Source: Burkholderiales bacterium
GTDB taxonomy: Bacteria; Pseudomonadota; Gammaproteobacteria; Burkholderiales; SG8-39
Assembly (NCBI GenBank): GCA_035762345.1
Contig: DASTPE010000048.1
Span: forward strand, 41,948-105,947
Length of the DNA stretch: 64,000 nt
Reading direction: 5' to 3'
Shown in pieces: positions 1 to 9,959 of the stretch. A program made the position numbers and the translations under genes. Position 1 is the first letter of the stretch; each line of letters begins with the position of its first letter. Under the pieces are notes generated by a model. The model searched no databases. It saw only the letters and a program-made list of their open reading frames with translations, and was not told where the DNA came from.

Positions 1-423
1 GACCGAGTGAAGAAATTGAGCGCGGGGGGCGTGTCGATGTAGATGAAATCGTACTGTTTGTCGAGTTCAGCGAGCGCCTCGCGCAGCTTGAAGATCTTGT
101 AGCGCGATTCAAGTTTGTCTTGCTGCTGAGCGAGGAAGGGATGCGAGGGCATGACATCGAGGCGCTCGAACAGCGTGCCGTGCACGAATTCGTCCGGTCT
201 CTTTGGCCGCAGCGGGACGCTAAGTACCTGCTCGAAGAAACCCGCGAGCGTCGGCTCCAGATCCCGGCCCGGCTTGCCAAGGAGGTACTGCGTGGAGTTG
301 CCCTGCGTATCAAGGTCGACCACGAGCACGCGGGCACCGGCGTTGGCGCTCGCTGCGGCGAGGTTACAAGCAATTGTGGACTTGCCGACACCACCCTTCT
401 GATTAAACACGACCCGCCGCATG
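1..423 (-). CDS. ParA/Soj-family P-loop ATPase (N-terminal part only; gene runs off the left edge)
   Basis: Reverse-strand ATG at 423 is preceded by AGGAGGAG (426-433). My translation MRRVVFNQKGGVGKSTIACNLAAASANAGARVLVVDLDTQGNSTQYLLG... carries the deviant Walker A KGGVGKS of ParA/MinD ATPases. It is absent from the ORF track because no stop lies inside the window. Confidence 0.85.
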
Positions 424-676
424 GCTCCTCCTCGGTCTCAGGACGCGGCTACAACGCCGAGCGCATGATAGCCCACAATATAGGCCTTGCCAACCCCCTT
501 TAGCCTACTAGATATAGTGGGGAGGAACAGCGCGGCGCAGGGTTGCTCGAGCGAGCGTCGGGCCGGCCCTAGAGCGCAGGGCAGGACACCGGCGCGCGGG
601 CGGGGGAAACGGTGGATCCTAGATCGCGTGCGTTACACGAAAGAGATGCGAGCTTGACGGAGATCTTTCTTGCCTA

Positions 677-1618
677 TCAAGCGAGTAGCTCAATGCTGTT
701 GCCACCGCGTTTCTTGGCGAAGAACATCGCCCTATCGGCGTACTCGACCAGCGAATCTGCGTTTCTCGCATGATCGGGGAACAGCACGACCCCAATGCTT
801 GCCGTCAGACGAACCTGTGCAACCGGCGGCTTGATCGAAGCCTGCACGGCGCCGAGGATCTTTTTCGCCACCGTCTCGGCGTCCGTCGAGTCGTTCAGCG
901 GCTCGACGAGAACCGTAAATTCGTCGCCGCCGAGGCGCGCGACCGTATCAGTCTGGCGCACCGCAGCGCGCAGGGCGTCGGCAATGGCCCGGAGCACTTC
1001 GTCGCCCACTTTGTGCCCGAAATTGTCGTTGACCGCCTTGAAATTATCCAGGTCGATGAACACGACCGCGATGCGCTTGTCGGCTCGCGTCGCGCGGGCG
1101 AGTGCCTGCCTGAGCCGGTCGTGAAACAGCCCCCGATTGGCAAGCCCGGTGAGCGAATCGAAATAGGCCTGTTGCGCCAATAAGTCTTCAAAGCGCTTGC
1201 GGGCCATCGCGCAACGGATCGCACGGCTGAGCGCCGCCGGGTCATTATTGCCCTTGATGAGATAAGCCTGCGCGCCATGCTCGCAAACGCGGATCGCGAG
1301 CGAGTCATCGTCAAAACCGGTAACCACAACGATCGGGGTGCGGGGGACCGCCAAGGCCAGCGTCTTGACGCTGGCAAGGCCGTTGGAATCGGGCAGATGC
1401 AGGTCGAGCAGAATGGCGTCGAGCGGCAGTGTTTGCGCGAGCTCGAGCCCCTCGCCGAGCGTCCTCGCGGATGTAACCTCGAACTTGCGACACGGATCCT
1501 CGGATAGCGCCAGGCGCACAAGCCGGTCATCGCCGGCGTTATCTTCAACGAGGAGAACGCGTACCGTCTCCGGCGGGGCGGTTTCAGCCCAGCTCGGTTC
1601 TTCTGTGTACCCCGGCAT
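677..1618 (-). CDS. Response-regulator receiver + GGDEF diguanylate cyclase (PleD/WspR-like)
   Basis: 313 aa. The N-terminal REC domain reads RVLLVEDNAGDDRL...LDLHLPDSNG. The C-terminal part has RLGGDEFTVL with an RxxD I-site (RQTD) five residues upstream. Confidence 0.9.
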   Translation of the reverse strand: MPGYTEEPSWAETAPPETVRVLLVEDNAGDDRLVRLALSEDPCRKFEVTSARTLGEGLELAQTLPLDAILLDLHLPDSNGLASVKTLALAVPRTPIVVVTGFDDDSLAIRVCEHGAQAYLIKGNNDPAALSRAIRCAMARKRFEDLLAQQAYFDSLTGLANRGLFHDRLRQALARATRADKRIAVVFIDLDNFKAVNDNFGHKVGDEVLRAIADALRAAVRQTDTVARLGGDEFTVLVEPLNDSTDAETVAKKILGAVQASIKPPVAQVRLTASIGVVLFPDHARNADSLVEYADRAMFFAKKRGGNSIELLA

Positions 1619-1818
1619 ACTTTGCCCTCGCCCGTTGCGTTAATTGGTTGCGGCCATTACAGCGGCTGTGCGCACGAATCTGCCGGGAATAGCGCACAAT
1701 GCTGAGGAGTATTGATAAATGCGCTCAGATTTAACTATCAGGCGCAGCGGCAACCGGGCGGTTTGTCAAAATTCACCAAAGGCCGTCCTGCGCCTGAGGC
1801 CCACTCCAGGGAGGCGAA

Positions 1819-3492
1819 ATGCACGCGAGGCTGCTGCAACGTGCGGGAATTGCGTTCATTGGTATGCCGTTCGTAACCAAGGTGGCGACTGCGGCGGTGA
1901 CAGCATGCCTGGTCCTCGGCGTCGCCTGGCTGGTTTACGCCATGGGCGGTGTCCGCTTCGCCTATCTGCATCTGATGTACGTTCCGATCGTGCTGAGCGC
2001 ACTTGCCTTCGGCCTGCTCGGCGGCGTGCTGGCCGCGCTCGCCGGTGGGCTCCTGCTCGGTCCCGTCATGCCGCAGGACACGTCTCTTGGCCTGATGCAG
2101 GACACGCTTAACTGGATCTACCGGCTCACCATCTTTTGCTTCATCGGTGCACTGGTCGGTACCGGTTCACAGCTGCTGCGACGCCACCTCGGTCACTTGG
2201 AATGGCTCCACGAACACCACGAGGACACGGGCTTGCTGAATCTCGTCGGGCTGGTCAAGCAGCTGGAGGGCGCGCTGCGCGACGGCGGCAAGCTGGTGGT
2301 CTCGATCACCCAGCTGGACAATCTGCTCGAGATCCAGAACACCTTTGGCAGCGGATTTGGCATGCGCGTGCTGGCTCAGGTCGTAGAGCGGGCGAAGCAG
2401 GTAGTGCCGCCAGGGTCGCTCGCGGCCCTGTTGCAGCCGGACCGTCTCGCGACCGTCGTGCACGGAGAGGCGGCCGTGCAGCTGACGCGCGAACGCATCG
2501 AGGCGGCGCTGAAGGATTCGTACCTTGTGGACGGGCTACCCATCCATGTCGAGGCAAGCATCGGTGTCGCGCATTTTCCGGATCACGCGCGCACTGCCGA
2601 GGAGCTGCTGCAGAAGGCAAGCATCGCGATGCATTGGGCGGCGACGACGAAGTCCGGGATCGCGCTCTACGACACTGTGAGCGACCGCACCAGCCGCGAC
2701 AACCTCATTCTGCTCGGGACGCTACCCCAGGCAATCGAGCGGGGCGAGCTGCAGGTTTGGCACCAAGCGAAGCTTGCTCTCGCCACTGGCGAGATTGCCG
2801 GCACTGAAGCGCTCTTGCGCTGGAACCATCCGCAACGCGGGTTGGTCGCCCCGGGGCTTTTTATTCCCCAAGCCGAAGAGACCACGCTCATCAACCCGGT
2901 CACCCAGGCCGTCATCTCGTTGGCGTTCGCCGACGCGGGAAGCTGGCGCGCTGGCGGCTACCGCCTGCGGGTATCGGTCAATCTTTCCGTACGCAATCTG
3001 CGGGACCGCCTGCTGCTTGACCTGCTGGAGCAAAGCGCCCGCCGCAACGAGCTCGAGCCGGGTGACATTGAGCTGGAGATCACCGAGAGCGCCGTCATGG
3101 CCGACCCCGACTATTGCATCCAGCTCATCTCGAAGCTGCGCGAGCGCGGTTACGGCGTCGCGATCGACGATTTCGGGGTAGGGCATTCCTCGCTTTCCTA
3201 TCTGCAGAAGCTGCGAATCTCGACGCTGAAAATCGACCAGGCGTTCGTGAAGACGCTGGCCTCGGACACGAGCAACCAGAAGATCGTGCGCTCCATGCTT
3301 CACCTGGCCAAGTCGCTGGGGCTGGAGACGGTCGCCGAAGGTGTCGATGATCAGGAAGCGCTCGCTCTGCTGCGGGAGTGGGGCTGCGATTACGGCCAGG
3401 GATACGGCATCCATCGTCCCGCGCCCTCGCACGAGCTGACGCGTTTTCTGGATGAACGGCGTCGCGCCACGACCACAGGGCTTGCCGTCTAG
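1819..3492 (+). CDS. Membrane-anchored degenerate-GGDEF / EAL c-di-GMP phosphodiesterase
   Basis: 557 aa with hydrophobic N-terminal helices. The middle GGDEF-like fold lacks a GGDEF motif. The C-terminal EAL domain shows EALLRW, ELEITES, DDFGVGHSSLSYLQKL, LKIDQAFV and EGVDDQEA. Confidence 0.85.
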   Translation: MHARLLQRAGIAFIGMPFVTKVATAAVTACLVLGVAWLVYAMGGVRFAYLHLMYVPIVLSALAFGLLGGVLAALAGGLLLGPVMPQDTSLGLMQDTLNWIYRLTIFCFIGALVGTGSQLLRRHLGHLEWLHEHHEDTGLLNLVGLVKQLEGALRDGGKLVVSITQLDNLLEIQNTFGSGFGMRVLAQVVERAKQVVPPGSLAALLQPDRLATVVHGEAAVQLTRERIEAALKDSYLVDGLPIHVEASIGVAHFPDHARTAEELLQKASIAMHWAATTKSGIALYDTVSDRTSRDNLILLGTLPQAIERGELQVWHQAKLALATGEIAGTEALLRWNHPQRGLVAPGLFIPQAEETTLINPVTQAVISLAFADAGSWRAGGYRLRVSVNLSVRNLRDRLLLDLLEQSARRNELEPGDIELEITESAVMADPDYCIQLISKLRERGYGVAIDDFGVGHSSLSYLQKLRISTLKIDQAFVKTLASDTSNQKIVRSMLHLAKSLGLETVAEGVDDQEALALLREWGCDYGQGYGIHRPAPSHELTRFLDERRRATTTGLAV

Positions 3493-3969
3493 GCGCGCAC
3501 TGCTACGGACGTATCACGCGTTCATGGCATAGGCCACAATGAGGAGCAGGGCTACCAGGGCCGCTGCCCTGGCTCCCCACGAGCGGATGATGATCCGCCC
3601 CTTGTTCGCCTCATCGGTGGCGAGTCCTTCAAACCATTCCGTGTTATCCGCCATTGGACGCCGATCGCGGAAGGTGTTCGCCCCGGGGGGTTAACGTTCC
3701 GGGGAGGGCAGTATGGCCCCCGGGGCGAGATCACGCTTGCCGCCCACGCAGAATAGGGATGCCGGCTTGCCTTTCGCATGAGAGGGTCGAACCAACCTGG
3801 AGGACATGTTCCTACTAAGGCCAGGCAGTACAGCTGGCGCTAGCTAATTTGGAGCAGCGTTTGAAAGAAGTTGCCAAGGCGCAGCCGCGAAATCGCGCGC
3901 GGCTGGTAGTCTTGATCCCGCCAGTCGCTCGCTGGAAAGACAAGAAGGACGACGGCTCGTTGCCACAAC

Positions 3970-4767
3970 TTGTTGGGGGGATGCTTGTCGATTCACGCGA
4001 CTCAGCCGATCCGGGTATTGCTGGTTGACGACCACCGCTGTGTGCTCTGGGGGCTTGCAAAGCTCATTGAATCGGCCCGTCCCCAGCTCGAGCTCGTCGA
4101 CATCGCCACCTGCCATCGCGAAGCGCTCGCGGCCATGCAGAAGCACCGGCCGCACGTCGTGCTGCTCGACCTTGACCTGGGTGGCGAGAGCGGGTTTGAT
4201 CTGGTGCCGCAATTGGCGAGCGAGGCCGCGGTTCTCATCCTGACGGGGCTTCGTGATCCCGCGGTCCAGGAGCGTGCCGTGGTGGCGGGCGCGCGCGGGG
4301 TCATCTACAAGACCGAGCCGGCCGAGCTGATTCTGAAAGCGATCGAGCGGGTACACGCGGGCGAGCCATGGCTCGATCGCAGCGCGATGGGCAGAGTGCT
4401 GCAGACGCTCTCCCGGCGGCAGGGCCGCCCCAGCGAGCCGCCGCCTCACGCGACGCTGACCGCCGCTGAGCGCAAAGTCGTGGCCGCCGTTGTGCGTCAA
4501 AGAAGCGCGCCCAACAAGGTCATCGCCGACGCGCTGCACCTCAGCGAGCATACGCTGCGCAACCACTTAAGCTCGATTTACGGAAAGCTCGGGATCAACA
4601 AGCGGGTCGAGCTCGTCCTCCACGCCATGGAGCACCGGCTCGCGCAGCCCTCGGCTGACTTAGTTCAGGACGGAGCTGCGCGAGAAGGCCGTGGCGCAGT
4701 CACTGGGCAACTGGGCGACGCCAGCCACGCCCAGTTTCAGCCGCTCGGCGTCAGACCCACATCCTGA
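3970..4767 (+). CDS. NarL/FixJ (LuxR-HTH) family response regulator
   Basis: The REC domain reads IRVLLVDDHRCVLWGL...LDLDLGGESG. The LuxR HTH reads LTAAERKVVAAVVRQRSAPNKVIADALHLSEHTLRNHLSSIYGKLGI. The start is uncertain (TTG at 3970, 3973 or 3985). There is an unusual C-terminal tail of about 45 aa. Confidence 0.8.
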   Translation: MLGGCLSIHATQPIRVLLVDDHRCVLWGLAKLIESARPQLELVDIATCHREALAAMQKHRPHVVLLDLDLGGESGFDLVPQLASEAAVLILTGLRDPAVQERAVVAGARGVIYKTEPAELILKAIERVHAGEPWLDRSAMGRVLQTLSRRQGRPSEPPPHATLTAAERKVVAAVVRQRSAPNKVIADALHLSEHTLRNHLSSIYGKLGINKRVELVLHAMEHRLAQPSADLVQDGAAREGRGAVTGQLGDASHAQFQPLGVRPTS

Positions 4768-5349
4768 CAACGAGCACCACGGCGCCGACGAACCATACCA
4801 ACGGCAACGTCCAGGCAGACAGCCGATCCGTCACCGGCCGGGGAGCATCCTGGCCGTCATTCTGCAGCACTGGAAATGGATTCGCTTCAGTTCCGAGCCC
4901 GCTTGCCATATGCGCCCTTCATCGGTCCGTTTGCGTGCTAGATGATCCTCCCAAGCACCGGCATTCAAAGAAAAACTTTTGTGTTAGCGGCACGCAGCGC
5001 CGAGCCGGTTCTTATGGATTGCGTGATGGAGTTAACGAACGAGCGCACGACTGACCCGCATCCGTGACGGCATCCACACTGTCAGGTGCGGGGACGGGCG
5101 CGGTCATCGGCCGCAAGATCGATGGAGATGGCAAGCCCCAGACGAATAAGCAAGTTGCCGGCCCCGTCGCCGTGTCGTCGATCGCTCATTCGGCAGCGGA
5201 TCCGGGACCATGCGGCTGGAAGAAAAGCAAGAACCATCCCGGAAAGGGGTGGGCAAAAGGACACAGCAAGGCCTGCTGAGCATCCATGTTGTTCGACAAA
5301 CGCCCGGCTCGTCCGGACGTTTTTGTATCAGGAGCCGCGATGTACGCTG

Positions 5350-5793
5350 GCTTCACCTTTTCTGCCCGCCTTCGTGAACGAGCGCGGGGTGCCGCCGGAA
5401 CAGCTCGGTCTGGTGCTCGCCGCCGGGACGGCGATCCGCTTGCTTTCGGCACCGCTCGCAGGGCGCATTGGCGATGTGCTCGGGGCGCTGCGGCTGGTGC
5501 TCGTCGCGTGCATTGCGCTCGCCGCGGCGGTAACCCTCGGCTATATGCCGGCGCGCGGCTTCTGGCCCTTCCTCGCGCCCGCGCTGCTCCACGCGGCATT
5601 CCTCGCACCGATGCCCGTGCTCGCCGATGCGCTATCGCTCGCTTCGTCGAAACGCGAACCCTTCGAGTACGGTTGGGTGCGCGGAACAGGGTCGGGCGCG
5701 TTCATCGCGGGCCTGCTCGCCGGGGCAGCTCGTCGGCGCGTGCCCGAGATCTCGCGCGAGCGCTCTGCGCGGCCGCCTGCGGGCTCGCCCTGA
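5350..5793 (+). pseudogene. MFS transporter remnant (truncated at both ends)
   Basis: Frame 1 reads FLPAFVNERGVPPEQLGLVLAAGTAIRLLSAPLAGRIGDVLGA...EPFEYGWVRGTGSGAFIAGLLAG, which resembles the first ~4 helices of an MFS_1_like permease. There is no credible start or first helix upstream. The frame degenerates after ~5727 and stops at 5793. The ATPase gene begins 43 nt later. Confidence 0.5.
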
Positions 5794-5835
5794 GGCTGCG
5801 AGCGTAGGCGGCGCGATCACGATTACCATTTCCTT

Positions 5836-8628
5836 TTGGGAGAGAGCAACCGCCTCGCCTTGGACCGGCCTTTCCATTGCCTGAACGTTGCCGATGCGCT
5901 TCAGGCGCTCGGCTCCGACGCACGCGCCGGGCTCTCGGAGCACGAAGCGCGGCGAAGGCTCGGCCAGCACGGACGGAACGAACTTGCCGCTCGCAAGCCC
6001 GTGCCGGCATGGCGCAAGTTTCTCCAGCATTTTGCCGACCCCCTGGTCGTGCTGCTCCTCGTCGCTACGGGAATCTCCGCCGCGCTCTGGCTCATCGAGC
6101 GCGATACCGCGCTTCCTTACGAGGCCATCGCGATCCTCGCGGTCGTGCTGCTCAATGCGCTGCTCGGCTACGTACAGGAAGCCCGCGCGGAACAAGCCGT
6201 CGCGGCCCTGAAGCGCATGTCGGCTGCACACGCCAATGTTATGCGCGGCGGCGAGCGGCGCTCGATTCTCGCCGCCGAGGTGGTGCCCGGCGACATCCTC
6301 CTCATCGAGGAAGGCGACACGATTGCGGCCGATGCGCGCGTGATCCACTCGGTGGCGTTGCAGGCGGCGGAAGCGGCGCTCACCGGGGAGAGCCTGCCCA
6401 TCGCCAAGGACAGCGAAGCGCTCGCCCAGGACGCCGTGCTCGGAGACCGGCGCAACATGGTGTTCAGCGGCACCGCGGCTACCTACGGCCGCGGCCGCGC
6501 CGTGGTGACCGCGACCGGCATGCGGACCGAGATCGGCCGCATCGCCGGCATGCTAGGCGAAGCGCAGCCCGAAGCCACGCCGCTGCAGAAGGAGCTGGCG
6601 CGGGTCGGCAGGTTGCTCGGCATCATCGTGGTCGCGATTGCGCTCATCATGATCGCGACGATCCTGCTGGTCGAGGATATCCGCGGCATGGCGGCGGTCT
6701 TCGAGGTGCTGATCCTCGGCGTGGCGCTCGCGGTCGCGGCGGTTCCCGAGGGCCTGCCCGCCGTGGTGACTGCGGTCCTCGCGCTCGGCGTGCAGCGCAT
6801 GGCGAAGCGCAACGCGATCGTGCGCAAGCTCGCCGCGGTCGAGACGCTCGGCTCGGCGAGCGTGATCGCCTCCGACAAGACCGGCACGCTCACGCGCAAC
6901 GAGATGACCGTGCGCACTGTAGTCACCGCGAGCGGGCGCACCGACTTCGGCGGCACCGGCTATGCGCCGGAAGGCCGGGTCAGCAGCCCTGAAGGAGGGG
7001 TGCGGCCGGAGCTTTGGCGTGCGCTCGCCGTAGGCGACCGCGCGAATAATGCGGTGCTGCAGCGGCGCGACGGCCGCTGGACGGTACAGGGCGACCCCAC
7101 CGAGGGCGCTCTCATCGTCGCAGCGCGCAAGGCCGGGCTCGAGGACGAGACGCTCGACGCTCGCTTCGAGCGCGTCGGCGAGGTGCCGTTTTCCTCCGAC
7201 CGCAAGCTCATGAGCACGGTGCACGCGGACGCCGAGCGCGAAGGCCGCCTTCGCGTCTTCACCAAGGGCGCGCCCGACGTGCTGCTTAGGCACTGCACGC
7301 ATGAGCTCGTCGGGGCCGAAGCGAGAAAGCTGGAAGACGCAAGGAAAAACGATATTCTCCGGACCAACGAAGCGCTTGCCAGCGAGGCGCTGCGCACGAT
7401 CGGCGTCGCCTTTCGCCTCCTGCCGGCGAAGGCGCTCGAGGACGAGCCCGACGAGGGCGTCGAGCGCGAGCTCGTCTACGCGGGCCTGATCGGCATGATC
7501 GACCCGCCGCGCGCGGAGGCGAAGCAGGCCGTGGCGCGCGCGAAGAGCGCCGGCATCCGGCCGATCCTCATTACGGGGGACCATCCCGCCACGGCGGCCG
7601 TGATCGCAGCGGAGCTCGGTATCGTCACCGAGCGTCGCGCCGCGAGCGGCCCCGAGCTCGAGCGCATGTCGGACGAGGAGCTGCGGCGGACCGTGGCCGA
7701 AGTTTCGGTGTACGCGCGCGTCAACCCCGAGCACAAACTGCGCATCGTAAAGGCGCTGCAGGTGAACGGTGCCATCGTGGCAATGACCGGCGACGGGGTG
7801 AACGACGCGCCGGCGCTCAAGAGCGCAGACATCGGCGTGGCGATGGGCATTACCGGTACCGACGTGGCGAAAGAGGCGGCCGACATCGTGCTCGCCGACG
7901 ACAACTTCGCCACCATTGTGGCCGCGGTGGAGGAGGGCCGGGCGGTGTTCTCCAATATCCGCAAATTTCTGCGCTACCTCCTCTCCTCGAACATCGGCGA
8001 GGTGATGACTATGTTCTTCGGCGTGGTCTTCGGCGCCGCGCTCGGGCTCGAAGCTGGCGCGGGCGGCGTTGCGCTGCCGCTCGTCGCGACGCAGATCCTG
8101 TGGATCAATCTCGTCACCGACGGCGCGCCTGCGCTCGCGCTCGGCATCGATCCAGCGCATCCCGCGGCGATGGAGCGCGGGCCGCGGCCGCGCGGCGAAG
8201 GCGTGATCACCGGGCGCATGTGGCTCGGTATCCTGCAGGTGGGGGCCATCATGGCGGCCGGCACGCTTGCCGTCCTTGACGCGAGCCTGCCCGGCGGTCT
8301 GATCGAAGGCCATGGCGACATGCGCTACGCGCAGACCATGGCGTTCACCACGCTTGTCTTCTTCTCGCTCTTTACCGTGTTCAACGCACGCTCGGACGAC
8401 CGAAGTGCGTTCTCGGACCTGTTCTCAAACCTCTGGCTATGGGGCGCGGTGCTCCTTTCGCTCGTGCTCCAGGCGGCCGTGGTCTACGTCCCATTCCTCC
8501 AACAGGCGTTCTCCACGGTCGCGCTGAGCGCCGCCGACTGGTTCATCTGCGCCTCGGTGGCGAGCTCGGTACTCTGGGTCCGCGAGGTGAGCAAGCTAAC
8601 GCGCCTTATCGGCACACGCGGCCGCTAG
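5836..8628 (+). CDS. P-type cation-transporting ATPase, P2-type (Ca2+/SERCA-PacL-like)
   Basis: 930 aa with [13 protein letters not shown] (phosphorylation site), [21 protein letters not shown], the cation-ATPase N-terminus ([19 protein letters not shown]) and a ten-helix-type hydrophobic pattern. Ion specificity is inferred from family resemblance only. Confidence 0.9.
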   Translation: MGESNRLALDRPFHCLNVADALQALGSDARAGLSEHEARRRLGQHGRNELAARKPVPAWRKFLQHFADPLVVLLLVATGISAALWLIERDTALPYEAIAILAVVLLNALLGYVQEARAEQAVAALKRMSAAHANVMRGGERRSILAAEVVPGDILLIEEGDTIAADARVIHSVALQAAEAALTGESLPIAKDSEALAQDAVLGDRRNMVFSGTAATYGRGRAVVTATGMRTEIGRIAGMLGEAQPEATPLQKELARVGRLLGIIVVAIALIMIATILLVEDIRGMAAVFEVLILGVALAVAAVPEGLPAVVTAVLALGVQRMAKRNAIVRKLAAVETLGSASVIASDKTGTLTRNEMTVRTVVTASGRTDFGGTGYAPEGRVSSPEGGVRPELWRALAVGDRANNAVLQRRDGRWTVQGDPTEGALIVAARKAGLEDETLDARFERVGEVPFSSDRKLMSTVHADAEREGRLRVFTKGAPDVLLRHCTHELVGAEARKLEDARKNDILRTNEALASEALRTIGVAFRLLPAKALEDEPDEGVERELVYAGLIGMIDPPRAEAKQAVARAKSAGIRPILITGDHPATAAVIAAELGIVTERRAASGPELERMSDEELRRTVAEVSVYARVNPEHKLRIVKALQVNGAIVAMTGDGVNDAPALKSADIGVAMGITGTDVAKEAADIVLADDNFATIVAAVEEGRAVFSNIRKFLRYLLSSNIGEVMTMFFGVVFGAALGLEAGAGGVALPLVATQILWINLVTDGAPALALGIDPAHPAAMERGPRPRGEGVITGRMWLGILQVGAIMAAGTLAVLDASLPGGLIEGHGDMRYAQTMAFTTLVFFSLFTVFNARSDDRSAFSDLFSNLWLWGAVLLSLVLQAAVVYVPFLQQAFSTVALSAADWFICASVASSVLWVREVSKLTRLIGTRGR

Positions 8629-9089
8629 GCCGGCTGCCGGATCGCAGCGACCTTCCCGGTTGCGTCGACCACGTCCACAGAAACCGGGATGCCCTGGCGA
8701 ATGCTTTGGGTAACGATGCAAAAGTCTTCGAATTGCCCGAGGCAGCGCTCCTGGTAGGGCATATCGCCGAATTTCTCGGAGAGCGACAGAACGACGTCGA
8801 TGCCCGCAATGCGCAAGCGCCCGCGCTTGTTCTTCTCGAGCCGTGCCGTCGCCATGGCGCGCACCGGCCCCACGTTCTGCTTGAACTTGCCGCGCAGGCA
8901 GAAGGCGAGGCTCGCCGACAGACAATTGGCCACTGCGGCCGCGACCAGGCGGGCGGCGTTCGGACCGTGCCCGCCGCCGAGCGGCGGCGGCTCGTCGAGG
9001 AGAAGCTCACTGTTCGCCGGCTGGTCGAAGCGCACGAGGAATTCGTAGCCTTCGCGCTGCTCGAGCTCGATGCCGATGATCGCGTTCAT
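8625..9089 (-). CDS. OsmC/Ohr-family protein
   Basis: I chose the start at the internal ATG 9089 (MNAIIGIELEQREGYEF...), which follows AAGGTGG. The body reads GGGHGPNAARLVAAAVANCLSASLAFCLRGK...CIVTQSIRQGIPV, consistent with the OsmC fold. The ORF-track start at 9221 would add an Arg-rich, non-protein-like extension. Confidence 0.75.
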   Translation of the reverse strand: MNAIIGIELEQREGYEFLVRFDQPANSELLLDEPPPLGGGHGPNAARLVAAAVANCLSASLAFCLRGKFKQNVGPVRAMATARLEKNKRGRLRIAGIDVVLSLSEKFGDMPYQERCLGQFEDFCIVTQSIRQGIPVSVDVVDATGKVAAIRQPA

Positions 9090-9337
9090 GCAGCCACCTT
9101 GTCGCCGTGAGACACCGGGCATGCCTCGGCCGAGGGTTCCGGCGCGACGCCGTCGGCGTTCGTACCGAGCTCTCCGCGCCAGGGTCGCCAGCGCTCCAGC
9201 AGCACGAGGATCACGATCCACGCGGCGGCGAACCCGAGCGCCGTGGGCGGCATCCTTAGGGGGACCAGGCTCTTTCTTTCAGGTAGCGCATGAGACTTCC
9301 CGGTTGAAGCCAAGGCGGCAGCGGCGCCCGCGACCGG

Positions 9338-9796
9338 TCAGCTGCGCGGCGCCCACGCCGGACCGCGTTGCAAGCGCTCTTTACGCTGTTCGGGAGTCAG
9401 CACGGCGTCGATCTCGCTGCGCATCGCTTCGTGCTGCTTGAACAGTCGCGCGCGCAACGCGCCGACTTTCTCCTGCTGCGCGGCGACGGCGCTCGCACCG
9501 GGATTGCCCGACGCGTGCATCTCGCGCAGCTTGTACTGCTCGCTGCGCAGCTCGCCCATGACAGTCCAGTTCTTCGCCCGGTGCTCTTCGAGCAGCGCGG
9601 CGATCTTCGAGCGCTGCTCGTCAGTGAGGCTGGCGGCGAGGGCGCCATATCCCATGCCCGGTCCATAGCCCATGCCTGGTCCGTAGCCGCCGCCCGGGCC
9701 GAATCCGCCCCGCATGCCGGGGCCGAACCCCGGTCCATATCCGTAACCTTGCGCCATCGCGCTGGCGGCCGCGAAGGCAAGGGCCGCAACTATCAT
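9338..9796 (-). CDS. CpxP/Spy-family periplasmic protein with Gly-rich repeat
   Basis: I chose the start at MIVAALAFAAASAMA, a signal peptide. A GYGYGPGFGPGMRGGFGPGGGYGPGMGYGPGMGYG low-complexity stretch follows. Two LTxxQ-type motifs are present (LTDEQRSKI, LTPEQRKERL), typical of Spy/CpxP/ZraP. Confidence 0.75.
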   Translation of the reverse strand: MIVAALAFAAASAMAQGYGYGPGFGPGMRGGFGPGGGYGPGMGYGPGMGYGALAASLTDEQRSKIAALLEEHRAKNWTVMGELRSEQYKLREMHASGNPGASAVAAQQEKVGALRARLFKQHEAMRSEIDAVLTPEQRKERLQRGPAWAPRS

Positions 9797-9889
9797 CTTC
9801 AGTGCTGGGGATCTCACGGTGCGCTCCTGGTGTCGGGGGAACACCGCCATCGTGCCGCACCGGTGGGCCACGCGGCTTGATCTATCTCA

Positions 9890-9910
9890 ATATACTTTAA
9901 GATAGTATAT
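9890..9910. promoter_or_regulatory. AT-rich perfect 7-7-7 inverted repeat in the cpxP-like/arsR divergent intergenic region (candidate ArsR operator)
   Basis: atatact (9890-9896) / ttaagat / agtatat (9904-9910). A second overlapping pair, ctatct (9882-9887) and agatag (9900-9905), is also present. Confidence 0.4.
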
Positions 9911-9924
9911 AACTTTGCATAATG

Positions 9925-9953
9925 TTAACGAGTCTTGGCCCCGCTTCTATAAT
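9925..9953 (+). promoter_or_regulatory. Sigma70-like promoter of the arsR-family gene
   Basis: The -35 is ttaacg (9925-9930). A 17-nt spacer follows. The -10 is a perfect tataat (9948-9953). The ATG at 9960 lies 7 nt after the -10, so the transcript may be leaderless. Confidence 0.45.
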
Positions 9954-9959
9954 GCACCG

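Noticed and set aside
3514-3654. 46-aa minus-strand ORF (MADNTEWFEGLATDEANKGRIIIRSWGARAAALVALLLIVAYAMNA) with a C-terminal hydrophobic helix
   Set aside because: It has no Shine-Dalgarno and no recognisable family. It could be real but is unsupported.
4751-4909. 52-aa minus-strand ORF (MASGLGTEANPFPVLQNDG...LPLVWFVGAVVLVVRMWV) after the LuxR-type regulator
   Set aside because: It has one hydrophobic helix but no RBS or motif. It overlaps the regulator's 3' end. Evidence is insufficient.
5064-5279. 71-aa Gly/Lys-rich ORF (…LSGAGTGAVIGRKIDGDG…HPGKGWAKGHSK)
   Set aside because: It has faint resemblance to glycine-zipper or RcnB-like periplasmic proteins. It lacks a signal peptide and RBS and lies in a region that already looks degraded. 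I could not support a call.
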